This document shows positions 25,528 to 40,029 of a stretch of DNA of 64,000 bases, in pieces. Source of the stretch: Eledone cirrhosa. Lineage: Eukaryota. Where the stretch lies: assembly GCA_964016885.1 (NCBI GenBank), contig OZ024741.1, forward strand, positions 378,820,001 to 378,884,000, written 5' to 3'. The position numbers were made by a program, and so were the translations under genes. Every line of letters begins with the position of its first letter. Positions within the stretch are counted from its first letter, which is position 1. A model generated the notes under the pieces. It did not search any database, was not told the DNA's origin, and was given only the letters and a program-made list of their open reading frames with translations.

Positions 25528-26891
25528 TGTGTGTGTGTTAGTGTATTTGCACATATAAACTCGCATATCTGGTGAGATGTCGAAAATGAGACGGGCCGGT
25601 CAGCTTGACTGAACTGTGAGCGAATGGATATCGAAGCAATTGGACTAAACAATTAAATTGCGTACAGATGCTGCAATACTGACTATGATTGTATTATATA
25701 TATATTGTAATTTGAACCATAGTGGGATGTGAAATATAAATTTAACTACCAACTATATTTACTTATTTGGAAGCTCTGCAATGCGTGTGAGATTATAAGT
25801 GCCAACCTAATATACATATGTCTATTGCAATGGACAATACCATATTTTGCTGCAGTTTTCCGCACAGACGGGTTATCACAGAGAATGTCTTTTCATAGTT
25901 ATAACTGTTAATCCTTTCCTGATGATGTCTTCATCTGCTATTGAACGAATACTATACCCAGACGTATTCCCATGTTATATATATGCATTAGATTAAGCGG
26001 CATTTGAACGTAATAGCTTGCAGATCATGTTTAACATTTTCCAATTCTAGCTGCAGTCAACATATGATTTAATAAATATAATTTCATTAATCTTACAAGT
26101 TAATATAGTTAATATATTTTCAGTAAATAGCATCCAATAATTGACTAGCAATTAGGCTATCTAAGTTGGAATGATGAAAGGCAAACATAAATATTAATAA
26201 TGTAATCAGCATCATTAGATAGAAATATCAGGTTTTTAACCTAGCAAACTATATCCCTTCAGAATTCTTATGGTCGTAATGCATGTAATCAATATCATGG
26301 TAAATGATGCTGATTATAACGCACATACCGTCTGAATTATCATTAGGAACACAAGCAGCAGACACCGTATTCATTTGATTCATGAAGAAATATATATATA
26401 GAAAAACATCTTATCATATTTAAAATTGATTAAACTCTGAACTCCATTAGGATAAGTAAGTCTCGGCAAAAATGCTACATGGAAACGAGATAATCATGGG
26501 GAGGGTGTCATATGGACGAATGTAATTGTTAGGAGAAATTATACATTCATTTGACTAAATTAATGTCATACATCTCATAATACCAACATAAACATATACA
26601 ATATGCAAGTAAAAACTACGAACAATATATCAAATCCTTGCTATAAATCTATATGAAAATGAATGAATGTTCACCAGAACACTGACTAGCATATGTTATG
26701 TATATAAAAATGTGTGTGTGGGCGGGGATATCTATGCATTAGGGCGTGTAAAACGGGATTGGAATGTATGCGTTTATAATTGTCAATCTATGTATTTTTG
26801 CGTAATTTGAAATAAAACTAAAATATACAATTCAAGATAAGCCAACAAATGTAATCATACTGGGAAGCGTAAACAGAGCACATAACATGTG

Positions 26892-26953
<62 letters not shown>

Positions 26954-27005
26954 CAAGAAAGAAGATTGACATGATTCTCTATACAATAAGGGCTTTATTC
27001 ACATT

Positions 27006-27112
27006 GCTGACAATTGTTTCTTTGATCTGGCAGGTCTACTGTTCGCTATACGCCTAATTTTGCGCCAATCGACTCCAATACTTTGTTTATAACCAGTCGT
27101 TTTCATCAGAGC
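27006..27112 (-). ncRNA. Type I HHR-like motif with about 85 nt stem II region
   Basis: gct-CTGATGA...GAAA-CAATTG-TC-agc; pairing at the base of stem II is weak. Confidence 0.5.
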
Positions 27113-27422
27113 GTTTGAAATGAAGAAGATACAATAGGCATGGTTTTTATATAAGTGGGGTATTAAACCAGAACAATGTTAAAATAAAATAACTAGATAG
27201 CAGACAATTAAACAATAACATCAATATAAGTAAGAGATATAGTATAATGAAGAATCTAGCATGTTAAACATACTGATATAATACAGATGTATGGAATTGA
27301 CGTGTGAAAACGGGTATAGGGTATATTTGATATAGTGATGGGTTAGCGACTAGATAACAGTAACCACTAAGATGTACTTGGAGACAGAATTTATGTCTCC
27401 AAGTTTGTATTTTATATATTTG

Positions 27423-27523
<101 letters not shown>

Positions 27524-29037
27524 TAGATGCATAGTTCGACGTTTTTGGCTTCAACCACACTCGCCTATTTGCTTACTTTTCATTCATGGTCCTTCTTTTG
27601 TATATAACAAATCCAGTTGACTCGGCTAACTATAATTAATTTTGAAACCAGCGTGTGTTCACTAGCTGCGTCGCACCAGGCATATGAATCGCTCTGATTA
27701 CGTATAAAAGTTGTATTTGCGTGCCAAAATATTTGATGTTTCAACTTTTTACGTTACCTTTACTAAAGTATCTTGTAATCTGAACATTTTTCATTTTTCT
27801 TGATTTGTTATAGTTAAAAATATGTTGTTACTGGTTCGAAAACTGACTTTTTATGATTTTATATTCCGGAACAGTGCCTATCAGAAAATCTACATATTCC
27901 GAATTTATGCTTTCTGATGGTCACTATGCACGTAGGCCGTGTAAAATGTTTGTAAGCAAAGGTGGGTGCTGACACAATAACGGTGGAGAAACCCTGGATT
28001 AGGAGGGAAAGCAGAGTCATTATGGTCAACTCGCAAGAACGAATTTTCTCTATATTATTACACTTTTAAGTTCGAATATTTACCTTCTTTTCTACCCAGG
28101 TCCCGAGGTATATGGCTATCAAATTGACGTCTATCCGAGCCATCTAGTAGAAAACAAATCAAGTATCACATGCCCACTATCAATAATGTCCAATTGCAGA
28201 TAGATTCATTTTTATCATTCCCATACATTCCTTTGACATTTTTCTCTCCAGCAATAAAAAGTAAACTTTCTACGCTGCTGTGCTATAAACCTAACTTATC
28301 TCAATTTCATCGCACTTTAAAATAATATAATGACATCTTCCTTCACATCTTCTGCAACCGCAAAAAGCTAATTTCTATTTTGATGCATGATTTGAATTCA
28401 GTTTTTTTGGGGGGTGTATATATTTGCATGTGTACGTAAATATAATCATGTACACTACTTTGTTGAATATGTCATGTAGAGGTTAAAAATGATTACAATT
28501 ATGGTCTCTCTTTCAAACTTCATGTTAAAAGATTAGCGAAACTTTCTTCAAGATTCACTGTTTTCTTTTTTGTCAACAGAGAAAAACTCCTTTTTACTCA
28601 GATTCCTTTGCTTGTTTTTTTTTAACCTTTAATAACATACAGTAATATTGAGATCTAACAGATTAAGTAAATTTAAAAAAAAAATCTTTAGAATAAACAA
28701 ACCTAGGGTGTTGAGAGATAAATCAAATAATTGTTTTGTATATAAATGCAAAATGTTGCTAGATTGTCGATGTCATATTTTGTCAAACCCTTACTGTTTG
28801 CAGCTCACGAAATCTCTGTTTCCATCACATATATAGTTACTAGCTTGGCTTTGATGGTCGAGACCATAATCTGCTAATAAATGTGACGATATAGACAGCT
28901 AGCTGTATCCAGTGACTAAGAGCAAATATGTGTTGAATATAGGCATATTTCATATATACATATATATATATATATAATCAAGGTTTAGCAAATAAGAAAC
29001 AGTTTCAAAATAAATTTTTAAAAATTAACTTTACTTA

Positions 29038-29121
29038 CGTTTACCGAATCGGTTTCGAGTCTCAAAAATAAACGGACAGTACATGCGGCATCCGTTGAAA
29101 AGATAAACTCTCGTCAGAAGG
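29038..29121 (-). ncRNA. Type I HHR (array copy)
   Basis: cctt-CTGACGA-gagttt...agactc-GAAA-CCGATTCGG-TA-aacg. Confidence 0.75.
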
Positions 29122-29505
29122 ATCTTTTCACTCGGAGAATATAAAATTCCCGAGTTCAAATTACGAACAGGCGCTATACAAAATCGTTTCCGAGATGAGA
29201 ATAAATGAAGTGGAAGCAATTCTTTCATGTGCCGTGTGTTAAGATAGAAGCAGAGGCAGGGTGGTCAGTCTGCTCCCGCTATAACTAGCAGCAGTCAGAA
29301 CGACCAAATTGTTTTCTCAACCAAGAGGAGTATAATAATAATAAAGTATATGTCCCTACACGCACATGGCCCTTAGGGACACATGTATTGTCCAACCATA
29401 TACCAATGTGGTTCAATGGCAGGTCAATAAATTAACGAGCCAGAACATATATAATCTAGGTTTAGCAAATAAGAAAAAGTTTCAAAATAAATTTTAAAAT
29501 ATTAA

Positions 29506-29588
29506 CTTTACCAAATCGGTTTCGAGTCTCTAAAATAAACGGATAGTCCATACGGCATCCATTGCAAAGATAAACTCTCGTCAGAAGG
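29506..29588 (-). ncRNA. Type I HHR (array copy)
   Basis: cctt-CTGACGA...GAAA-CCGATTTGG-TA-aag. Confidence 0.75.
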
Positions 29589-29987
29589 ATCTCTTCACTA
29601 GGAGAATATAAAATTCCCGAGTTCAAATTACGAACTGGCGCTAATCAAAATTGTTTCCATGATGAGAATAAATGAAGTGGAAGCAATTCTTTCTAGTGCC
29701 GTGTGTGAAGATGGAAGCAGAGGCAGGGAGGTCAGTCTGCTTCCGCTAAAACTAGCAGCAGTCAGAACGACCAAATTCTTTTCTCAACCAAGAGGAGGTA
29801 ATAATAATAAATATATGTCCCTACACGCACATGGCGCTTAGGGACACATGCATTGTCCAACCATATGCCAATGTGGTTCAATGGCAGGTTAATAAATTAA
29901 CAAGCCAGAACATATATAATCAAGGTTTAGCAAATAAGAAAAAATTTCAAAATAAATTTTAAAATATAACTTTACTTACTATGGTTA

Positions 29988-30070
29988 CCTTTACCGAATC
30001 GGTTTCGAGTCTCAAAATAAACGGACAGTCCATACGGCATCCGTTGCAAAGATAAACTCTCGTCAGAAGG
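29988..30070 (-). ncRNA. Type I HHR (array copy, best preserved)
   Basis: cctt-CTGACGA-gagttt...agactc-GAAA-CCGATTCGG-TA-aagg. Confidence 0.82.
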
Positions 30071-30328
30071 ATCTTTTCACTCGGAGAATATACAATTCCC
30101 GAGTTCAAATTACGAACTGGCGCTATTCAAAATTGTTTCCGAGATGAGATTAAATGAAGTGGAAGCAAGTAAATTTAACATTTATTTTGAAACCTTTTCT
30201 TATTTGCTGAACCTTGATTATATATATTCTGGTTCGTTAATTTATTAACCTGCCATTGAACGACACTGGCATATGGTTGGACAATACATGTGTCTCTACG
30301 CGCCATGTGCGTGTAGGGACATATACTT

Positions 30329-30393
<65 letters not shown>

Positions 30394-30429
30394 GGTGTGT
30401 GTGTATATATATATATATATAGATATATA

Positions 30430-30531
<102 letters not shown>

Positions 30532-30889
30532 TGTATATATATATATATATGGGTAGAACACTAGCAGGTACTATTCGTAGTAGTAGAGCACTCAGTCCAT
30601 GGGATGAATTAGGTAGAGGTGGTAACACAACTGTTAGTTCACCATACCGAGAACAATTGTTTCACGTTAACAGATTCTCCGCTATTAATGGTCATGGTTA
30701 TACGGAATAGGAAGGACAACCGTATCAACGCGCATGCGCAGAAACGGTCTCTTTACCCAGGCAATATTAAAATGTCTGCGAGAGGTGTAAGGGAGAAAAC
30801 TGCGAAAGTTCGAAAAAATTCTCGTTGATAAGAAAATTAGGATGTTGTTGTAATTCAATCCGGTGCTTTGTTGTAATTCAATCCGAAGG

Positions 30890-31520
30890 TCTGTCGAGAC
30901 GTGAGGACAACGTGTGAAGAAGTCATTTCTCGTATTTAGGCAATCGCTATTGCATAATGTCTTTAGGATATTTATTCGTACATCAATACATAGTCCACAC
31001 GACGGATTTCCTCGTGCATATAGCTTGGGTTTAGTGATGGTTTCCATTGAATGGAGTAGTCTATAATTGAGTCATTGAGGGACCATACGTGGCTCGCGAG
31101 TTTCGTGGACTCAAGTATAGACTACTCCATTCAATGGAAAGCCATCACTAAATCCAAGCCATATGCAAGGGCAAATCCGTCGTGTGGATTATGTATTGAT
31201 GAACGAATATATATTCTAAAGAGATTATTCAATAGCGACTGCCTAAACACGAGAAATGAATTCTTCACACGTTGTCCACACCTGGCGAATCACCTCTTAC
31301 GTAACTACAAAGCTGAGATGGAGGGTCTGAGAAAAACCACAGACCCTCCATCTCAACCCTACTTTTAAAAAGCAGAACTGCGAGACCGAAAACGGAACCA
31401 AATAAATATATATATATATTTTAAAACAAGACTCCAGTTGCATTTTCGATTTCATCTTTTTTTCTTTATGCGTAGGACACCTCGGTTATTTTTCATTTTG
31501 TAAAAAAACCTCATATTCTA
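30890..31520. mobile_element. Divergently oriented GIY-YIG C-terminal fragments plus pLTR (Hydra-type PLE)
   Basis: YSIQWKAITKSKPY..CGLCIDE..NTRNEFFTRCPH on + (31075-31368); inverted copy at 30890-31070; pLTR like 15580-15790 with a decayed HHR near 31360. Confidence 0.8.
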
Positions 31521-31554
31521 ATAAATATATATATATATATATATATACATATAT

Positions 31555-32675
31555 ATAAGAATGTACACGTACATACATATATGTATACATACGTACAGTA
31601 GTATGTATGTATATATATATACACACATGCACACATATATATATGTACGTATGGATTCACCGAACATTTATTATAATGCTCGGTGTGTTTGTAAACAAAT
31701 ATCCCGTATTAAGCCGTAGTGTCTAGCAACCATCGTTGCTCGTTTGTTCAACACTGAGAGAGGAACGCTGTACTAGATTCAACCTTATTAGCTATCGTCA
31801 GCAACGTATATCTTCCTGCCAGATTGTTGAACGTATATACTTACATTATGCATATTAACGGCTGAGTAGCCCATTTTGCATATCGAGTGGGTTAATGGGC
31901 CTGGTGCACCGAAAACGATAAACGGAAAAAATGATACGAAATTTCATTTCCCACTCTTAGTACGGCTGTTACATAAATATAAGTATGTACACGTACATAC
32001 ATATATGTATACAGACGTGCAGTATTATGTATATATATATACATACATGCACACATATATATATAGATTCACCGTACATTTATTATAATGCTTGGTGTGT
32101 TTTAAACAAACATCCCGTATTAAGCCGTAGTGTCTAGCAACCATGGTTGCTCGTTTGTTCAACAATGACAAAGGAACCCTGTACTAGTTTCAAGATTATT
32201 AGCTATCGTCAGCAACGTGTACCTTCCTGCAAGATTGTTAAACGTATATACTTACCTTACGGGCTACTCAGCCGTTAATATGCATAAGGTAAGTATATAC
32301 GTTCAAGAATCTGACAGGAAGGTATCCGTTGCTGACGTTAGCTAATAAGCTTGAAACTAGTACAGCGTTCCTTTGTCAGTGTTGAACAAACGAGCAACGA
32401 TGGTTGCGAGACATTACGGCTTAATAGGAAAGTTTGTTTACAATTACACCGGGCATTATAATAAATGTTCGGTGAATCCATACGTACATATATATATGTG
32501 TGCATGTATGTATATATATTTATATACATACTACTGTATGTCTGTACACATATATGTTTGTACGTGTACATATTTATATTTAAGTAACAGCCGTACTAAG
32601 AGTGGGAATGAAATTTCATTTCATTTTTTCCGTTTATCGTTATCGGGCACCCGGCCGATTAACCCATTCGATATA
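31555..32675. repeat. About 425 bp direct repeat plus inverted copy (unclassified, PLE-like layout)
   Basis: 31560-31845 repeats at 31985-32260; 32260-32675 is an inverted copy of the unit. Confidence 0.75.
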
Positions 32676-32679
32676 CATT

Positions 32680-33736
32680 TTGGAATAAAATAGAAAGAAC
32701 TACGAATAAGGTTAATAGAATAAACTGATGGTATGATAGCAATAAATACCAGAGTGTAATGTTCATTGAAACAACCCCTAGAGGTGAATTAGCTTACACA
32801 TTTAGAAGGTCCCTAGATAAAGATAAACTCAATCTTAAGATAGTAGAAAGACCAGGTACCTCCATAAAAACACTTATTAGCAATACATACCGTTTTCAAA
32901 GACATCCCTGTATAGATAAGAAATGTATAATCTGTAAATTAATCCCCCATATTAACTGTAAAACTAGAAATGTAGTATATAGCATCAGATGTACTGAGGG
33001 ACAATGTAGAGATAAGAATATAGTGTACATAGTTGAGACAACTCGTAGTATAGGGGAACGGATAAATGAACACTGGCGAGACCTTCAAGATAGTACAGAA
33101 TCATTTGTACTCTAACAACATTCTAAAATAGAACATAAGGGTAAATTAGAGAACATAGAAATAAAAATAGAATCTACACACAGAAAAGACGCAATGTTTA
33201 GACAAATCACAGAGGCAATAAACATAAATGAACTCCAACCAAAATTAAATAGAAAACATGAATGGAACAACAACATCACAACTTACAATTAAGGACACAA
33301 TGAAAACACACACGCACATAGAACAAACAATCAACCAGTAACATGTAAATAAACAAATAAATAAACAAATATAAACACACACAGGCACCCGGATGTAAAA
33401 CACGCGCAAACTAAGCACACGTCACACACAAAAACAAGATGGCGTAGGACAGAACAAAGGAGAGGCACAAAACAAAGAAAAGAATCCCCAGTCACTGAAG
33501 AGGTCACAGAATGTGTGACTAAAGAATTTTGACAATATATAAACAATCATTTGGTTGTGGAACCAACCAACCGGAAATTTATAAATTCCTAAATTTATAA
33601 ATTTAATTCATAATAAATTGATGTGAAAGCAACTGGTGCGTGTGTCCCTTATTGGCAACATCCCCCTCCCAAATATAAAAATATTGGTTTCAACACACGT
33701 TTTCAGATAAAGAATCTTGCTAAACAAATTCAGAAA

Positions 33737-33740
<4 letters not shown>
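32680..33740 (+). mobile_element. Older truncated copy of PLE B (GIY-YIG plus pLTR with decayed HHR at 33490-33533)
   Basis: Homologous to 24010-24987; GAAA changed to TAAA; ends in (TA)n. Confidence 0.9.
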
Positions 33741-33784
<44 letters not shown>

Positions 33785-34385
33785 CGATTGAGATATATAT
33801 ATACTTGAGAGTTTGTGTGTATATGTGTATGCATGTAGGCCTCATATATCCCAACTCATATTTGATAATTAGAGTTTACTAAATATAATGTTACAAAATG
33901 CAAATGAGATGTATAATTCTAAATCAGTGAATTGCCTTCATCTAATAGTTTACTATATGCATTGCGTTATAAGTCCACAGACAGTACTAAATCGAACTAT
34001 GGTTATGTGTATAATGAATTTGATGGTTGAATGCAAAATACTGTGATCTGCCAATTTCTATAGTGTATATTAATTACTTTATCCACTAGATTCCCTGAAA
34101 TATTAATTACTTTATCAATTAGATTACATGAAATAATTGTGTTGGTTTTATTCCCTCCTATCTCCAGCATCTCAGAGCTAGCTTTCTATAGGTTTAATAA
34201 CATGACTTCATTCTATAACATCGTTGGTATTGATAATAATAATGATAGTAACAGCATCTATGAATCATAAGAACAATAATAGCATTGATGGATCATAAAG
34301 ACACTAGAAATTCATCACATATCACCTGAGATCACAACTATCCTAAAGGCAGTTATGGTATTTCACCATACATTATTCTGATAGC

Positions 34386-34572
34386 TGTTTCTACTTTTGG
34401 CACAAGGCCTGCAATTTCCCAGTGCATTACAGGTACTTTATTTTATCGACCCCGTAAGGATGAAAGGCAAAGTTTAACTCGGCGGGATTTCAAATCAGAA
34501 TGGCAAGGGCTGTAACTCTATGCGTCAAAGCATGCCGTCCGACCGTCTACCGATACAGCAAATCCACCGCCC
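34386..34572 (-). mobile_element. SINE, probably full length, with target-site duplication
   Basis: ccatacattattct(g/a)atag duplicated at 34366-34384 and 34571-34589; GGCGG start and tRNA-like head; same body as 16402. Confidence 0.8.
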
Positions 34573-36767
34573 ATACATTATTCTAATAGTATGCTTGACA
34601 TTAAGAAAACAGTGTCTGGTAAGAATCATCGAAAATATATGACGCAGCAATATATACAACTTACAATATCATATCGAAATTTTTAAACTTAAAAATCTAT
34701 GAGATTAAAATGTGGGGTTTAACCGGTGAATTTAATAAAACATTATTTGCCTAATTCACAACATATTAATAACTCTCGTAATTAAACTTTCTAGTGCATC
34801 GAGCTCAAATCTACCTAGTAAAACATTAATTTACTCAAACTCACTTTCCCCGCGACCATATGTATCAGCAACATGAATGGCATCGAATGATGTATGGTTA
34901 CGTGAGATAAGTGAAGCTCTTATCATTAAATATTTCATAGCATACATATGATATGCAACCACAGAGACGTCCGAATTCTGTTTAGATTCTGATATATAGA
35001 TGCTTCAAGGTTTACTATAAATGTCTATATAAAAAAGTGGTCTATTTAGACATAAATATAGGTTGTAAGCCAGTTTGTAAATGCCACATTGTTTTTAACT
35101 AACTTCTGTTACTCCTTGTAGAATCTTCACAAGTGTTATGCTCAAGCATATCACGTTTTGTTGTACGACGCCCTACTGGTGAGAATGGGCTACATATGAA
35201 TAGTAGTGGCCTGAGTAATTGGAGAAGTTGGTACTTGTTCCTCAGTACGTGTGTTGATAGTCAAAGTTGGAGTTCAATTTCATAGTTCGAGTTAGCGTGT
35301 TGGATGGTTGGTCCTTAAAAATTGTTGTTCCGTTACGTGGAATTATTGCTGTTTGTTCCGATTATATTGTTATTACACTTTTGCAGTATTCGTTTATCCA
35401 TAAGGACATAAGAGCATTCATTACCACATAACACTCTGGTTCATCTCTATTTCTTGTGTTAGCCATTTAACCTGACATAATTAACAGCAAAAACTGATTC
35501 ACATATGAGAATTAACTTTGTAAAAGTGGTGAATATGTTAGAAGGCAATGAATCGGCTATAGATAAATGTTAATTTGACATTAATATCTAAAGTTTTAGC
35601 TGGAGAGGGCTCCGTTCAAGCTAATGTTGGGGGCATAAATACTACGTGTAGACACATTTCAGCATGAACTATTTTTAATGGAATATATTTTGAAATATGG
35701 AGTTTGTTGCAGTGTATCTAGTCTTGATAGATTACACCAATTACTAATGTTGCTTTATGCATAAATATTACCACTACGTTAAATAAAATGGACCAATTCT
35801 ATTCTACCAATAATTATTTTCTAGTGCACACTTAATGGTCGTGATAAACAATTCCTTACTCGTATGCACATCAATGTTAGATCTACAATGTAAAATGTAA
35901 TTGATGGAGCGCAAACATGATTTAAATTATTGATAGATCTGATTGCCTGAACATTGTAGGAGGCATATTCGTTGACTTTAATTCGTGAAGTATAATTTTT
36001 CGATTATATTGTAAATATGAAGTTCCAAAAGTATATACACAAAATCACTAAATCTCGTGTTCTGATAATTACATACTACAAACCTAATTGAAGACAAGTA
36101 TTATACGATTCAAATATTATCATTTGTCTGACATGCCAATAGTTAATTTATTCCGCCATGTTATAAGTTGAGGGAATCGGCAGTTTCATATTTCATTATT
36201 CCCCAACTTTAGAATCGTTTTACTTCCAACATATATGAACCTCTATATGATTGATTTATTGAGAAATAAGCGAAATTGAATAGATTAAACATACGCTGAT
36301 GAAATCACTAGAAACTTAATTTCATAATAGATATCTTTCTATGAAACTTAACTTATTAAATAATCAAAATGAATAACAAGAGAATTAACGCCTTGAAACA
36401 GTAGTGAAATCTCAACCTAAGTAAAATCTCAAATTTTATAGGAGAAGAGAATATTAACAAGTTTCCCAGCAATATTAAAGAAAATGTAATTGTGACTGAT
36501 CAAAACAACTCTTAGTGTACCCTGAATTAGGTCATAACTTTCTTTGCCCACAGAATGTTAGATTCTCGTGATTACTTGCCATTATGTCAGAAAATGTTGA
36601 ATAAGGGTAAATATTAAATTCGCCTTCATTTAAATTAATTCTACCCATGGTGAGTGGTAAACATCTTTTTATTGAAAATGCTGAATGGCTTGTCACTTAA
36701 ATTCTATTTTTAATTCATCTGAAGCATCTTTGTCTAACTGTCCTATTAGAACCGACATGTTATTGTG

Positions 36768-36799
<32 letters not shown>

Positions 36800-36802
<3 letters not shown>

Positions 36803-38150
36803 GCCCTCCATGATTGCTGGTGCTATCTCAGACATTCAACTCCATAAAGCATATGGTCTTGATTGTATTCCCATCATAGTCATACAGAATGTTCGGGCGA
36901 GTTAATTTTCTATCTAAACTTTACAATAATTGCCTTGTTGATTCTTCCTTTCCTCTACTATTGTTCCATTTTTAGAGAATTCTAGGCATACGGCTGATAC
37001 TTCTAACTGTCTGCCTCCTTTTGGCATATCATTTCATACTTTAAACAATACTGAATTGCGAAAGAACCTTACATTATCGGGTCGTATTTCAGATAAAAAA
37101 TCTGGCTATCATATTTCCCGCTCAACAAACGACGCCGTACCAGGTATTACTGATAGAATGAGCCGTGCTTTACATAAATCTGGAGGAGCTTGGACTAGTG
37201 CAATATGTATAACTAACATGTTTGATAGGGCTTGCCAAGCTTATCACCTTCATACGTTGAAAGGTTAGGGGTTTTCTGAGCAGATTTTCAAACAAATTGA
37301 TTTTTATACACACATCATGAATTGAATGATGCCTTCAATGACCAGTCAACAAGGTGTTCCACATTAATGCAGGTTTACTTCAAGGCTTCATTCTGAGTCC
37401 TATACAGATGTGCATCTCCATCACTTATGATTTACATAGCATATTTTCTCGGAGTGGTATACAGGCTTGCTGTAGAATCTGATATGTTTGATTAAATTGA
37501 AATGGAAGCAGGTCCTGAATATTACCTTCGATCTACTGATGGGCAAGAAATGACTTTAACTATTAATGCATCTAAGACAGACCTATATGTTAAACGCAAT
37601 AGAGAACCAAATTTGTTTTCCAATACTATGGCTGATCATATCCTCTAAATGAAAACATCTTTAACCCATGCTTGGTCTGACATTTTCTAAAGATTTTAGA
37701 TGGAAAGGTTATATCACATCGATTCCCAAAATACTACTTGGAAAGATGGATGGCTCTGTGGTTCCAGAAATCTATGTTTCCGCCTGAAAATACCTCATTG
37801 TTATAAAGCTACAATTCGCCCTTGTTTCGTCTACTATTTCGACTTCCGGTCTGATGAGCCTGTAGTGCATGTTAAACGTCTGAGTAAGAAGAATTGTCAG
37901 ACATTTGGTTCTGATATTATGTAGACTTCTGTCATTATCACACCGTATAAATGTTGCCTCTCATTGTCTTCTATAAATATTTTCATGGACAGTGTTTCGA
38001 TGAACCTTCCTCTTGAAATCAATTTCCACATGAGCGACTACGTCTTATCAAAGTGCAGCTGAAATTCATACATACAGTGTTACATTATATTCTGATAGTC
38101 TCATCTGTCAGACATCTCCCCTATACACTTATCTTGTGGTTTCTTCTTCT
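36800..38150 (+). mobile_element. Highly decayed LINE RT (CR1/L2/Jockey-like group)
   Basis: KAYGLDCIP, RSTND, FDR, AGLLQGFILSP and YKATIRP relics in the correct order. Confidence 0.6.
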
Positions 38151-39689
38151 ATTGGCCACTACAATTCACAACCATTGAAAAGCACCACCAATCATTTGCA
38201 TTTTAGTGGATTTATTGGCTTTCTTGAAGTAAATATATATAATATAACTTCACATATATATATATATATATATATCAGAGACACACACTTTATTTAAAGT
38301 CGAGTGACGCAATTTCTAGTAATTAGTGGTCTTTAGACTCAACTGATCTATGGAGCAATTGTTAATACTGTGAATAAAACCCTTTTTATACAAATGACCA
38401 TGTTATTCTAAGTATAAGTTGTTTCACTCAAACAACATATACTTAGCAGGTACGAAGAGTATGTTGTAAATAAGCGTGCAAAACTAAAACCTCACAAATG
38501 TAATCAGTAAACAACTATACGCTTTTTTTTTGACAAGATGTAATCCGTTTCTTAAAATCTGTACGTTTGAATTGTTTTGCGTATAGCACATTCCCATGTA
38601 TCTCTCTCGAGAAAAACTCTAGAAATTAAATTATCAGAAGCTACAAGCAACTCAATATGGTTGTGTGAGATGTGCCTTTCATTATCTAATCAATATTCAA
38701 ATTAGGGCTGAATAAACTCCATATTTTTGTCTGTTGGTAAAGCGAATGAAATGAAATGAAATGAAGCAATTCGAATGCTCCTAATAACTATCAGTACGAT
38801 AATACTGATCAGCAATACAGTTTATTAGACAAGAGGGTTGCCAATAAATATAACATCCATAGTAGAATTTAATATATTCCATTTCAAACAAAGAGAGCAT
38901 TAGCATAGATGAGAGATAATAGAGATAACAGTGAATAAAATGCACAGCAGAATTATACATGTAGCTATCTGTAAACATAATAAGTAGGACAAAATAAACT
39001 TTCAATCACGGTGGAATGTGAATATAAAATACAGAAGGCTGCGTATTGATAACAAAATGTCATTTCTTAACAACCATACATGTTTTTCTCGTCCCTCGAT
39101 GACGGCTACGATGCATTACATTTTATTCAGACAAGTATATTTGAGATGATTTCGATTCCATGTCTATAATGATACAGATAGCTTTGTAATACCAGAACCA
39201 ATTATCTACAAGATATACTGCGAGTAAAAGCAATATTTCGCATATAATTCTCATACATTAAAGACCACTAAGTGCCCAATTATTTTCATCGTAGATAGTG
39301 GATCAATATATTTCAAAGAAATCACTAGATATTTCATCATATCAATAAAGAAACCTCGTTCGATTAATAAATTGATGTAAACTTTCCTCATGTCTGAAAT
39401 ACAATTTTGGTTTTTGATAAGATATCTGCGAAATATTGACAACATGTCGAGAGAGGGTGACTCCTCAGTTATTAACATCAATCGAACAACAAATTTTATC
39501 TTGAGAACACAAATATTTTCGTTGGAAAAATTACCAATAAATGATTTCTTGATAAAGTATGATGTAATGATTTGAGGAGAAGGATTAAGATCTGGAGTAA
39601 TTATTATATGTAGACGTATATTACGCGTGTTATAGTAACGACATAAGAACAATAATAACAATGATAACGATGATGAAAATAACCGACAC

Positions 39690-40015
39690 TGAAGAATGAT
39701 AGAGATATTTGGGTGTTCTGGAGGCAGATGACATCAAGAAAATAAATTGAAGGAATTGATAATATCTGAATACATAAGAAGAATGAGGAACATACTAAAA
39801 TCATATCTAAGTAGTGGAAACGCAGTAAATTCCCGAGCTGTGTCTATTATTAGGTACAGTGAGGGAATTCTCAAATGAAATGTTCATGAAAAAGAAGAAA
39901 TGGGTAGAAAGACTAGGAAGCTAATGACTACCTACAGCATATTCCACAAGAGGAGTGATGTTGATAGACATAACTTAAAGAAATCTGAAGGCGGAAGAGT
40001 TATTATCAGCGTAAA
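39690..40015 (+). mobile_element. Dong/R4-like LINE fragment (post-RT thumb region)
   Basis: YRYLGVLE, AVNSRAVSIIRYS, RKTRKLMT..FHKRSDVDR..K.EGGR. Confidence 0.7.
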
Positions 40016-40029
40016 GGTCGGAGGTAACC

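Larger units (their letters stand above)
28970..30335 (-). mobile_element. Non-coding tandem array of about 470-480 bp units, each with an HHR (retrozyme-like), plus terminal inversion
   Basis: tcgtcagaagg at 29111, 29578 and 30060; 30169-30335 is an inverted part of the unit; (TA)n flanks. Confidence 0.88.

Noticed and set aside
25918-25960. CTGATGA...GAAT
   Set aside because: Weak stem II, no GAAA, no stem I
27872-27925. Imperfect hairpin (possible miRNA precursor)
   Set aside because: Short stem, large loop, no other support
28970-30170. CRISPR or simple satellite interpretation of the array
   Set aside because: Long units with no repeat-spacer structure; eukaryotic context
37850-37880. 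CTGATGAG
   Set aside because: Inside the LINE relic, no second core half
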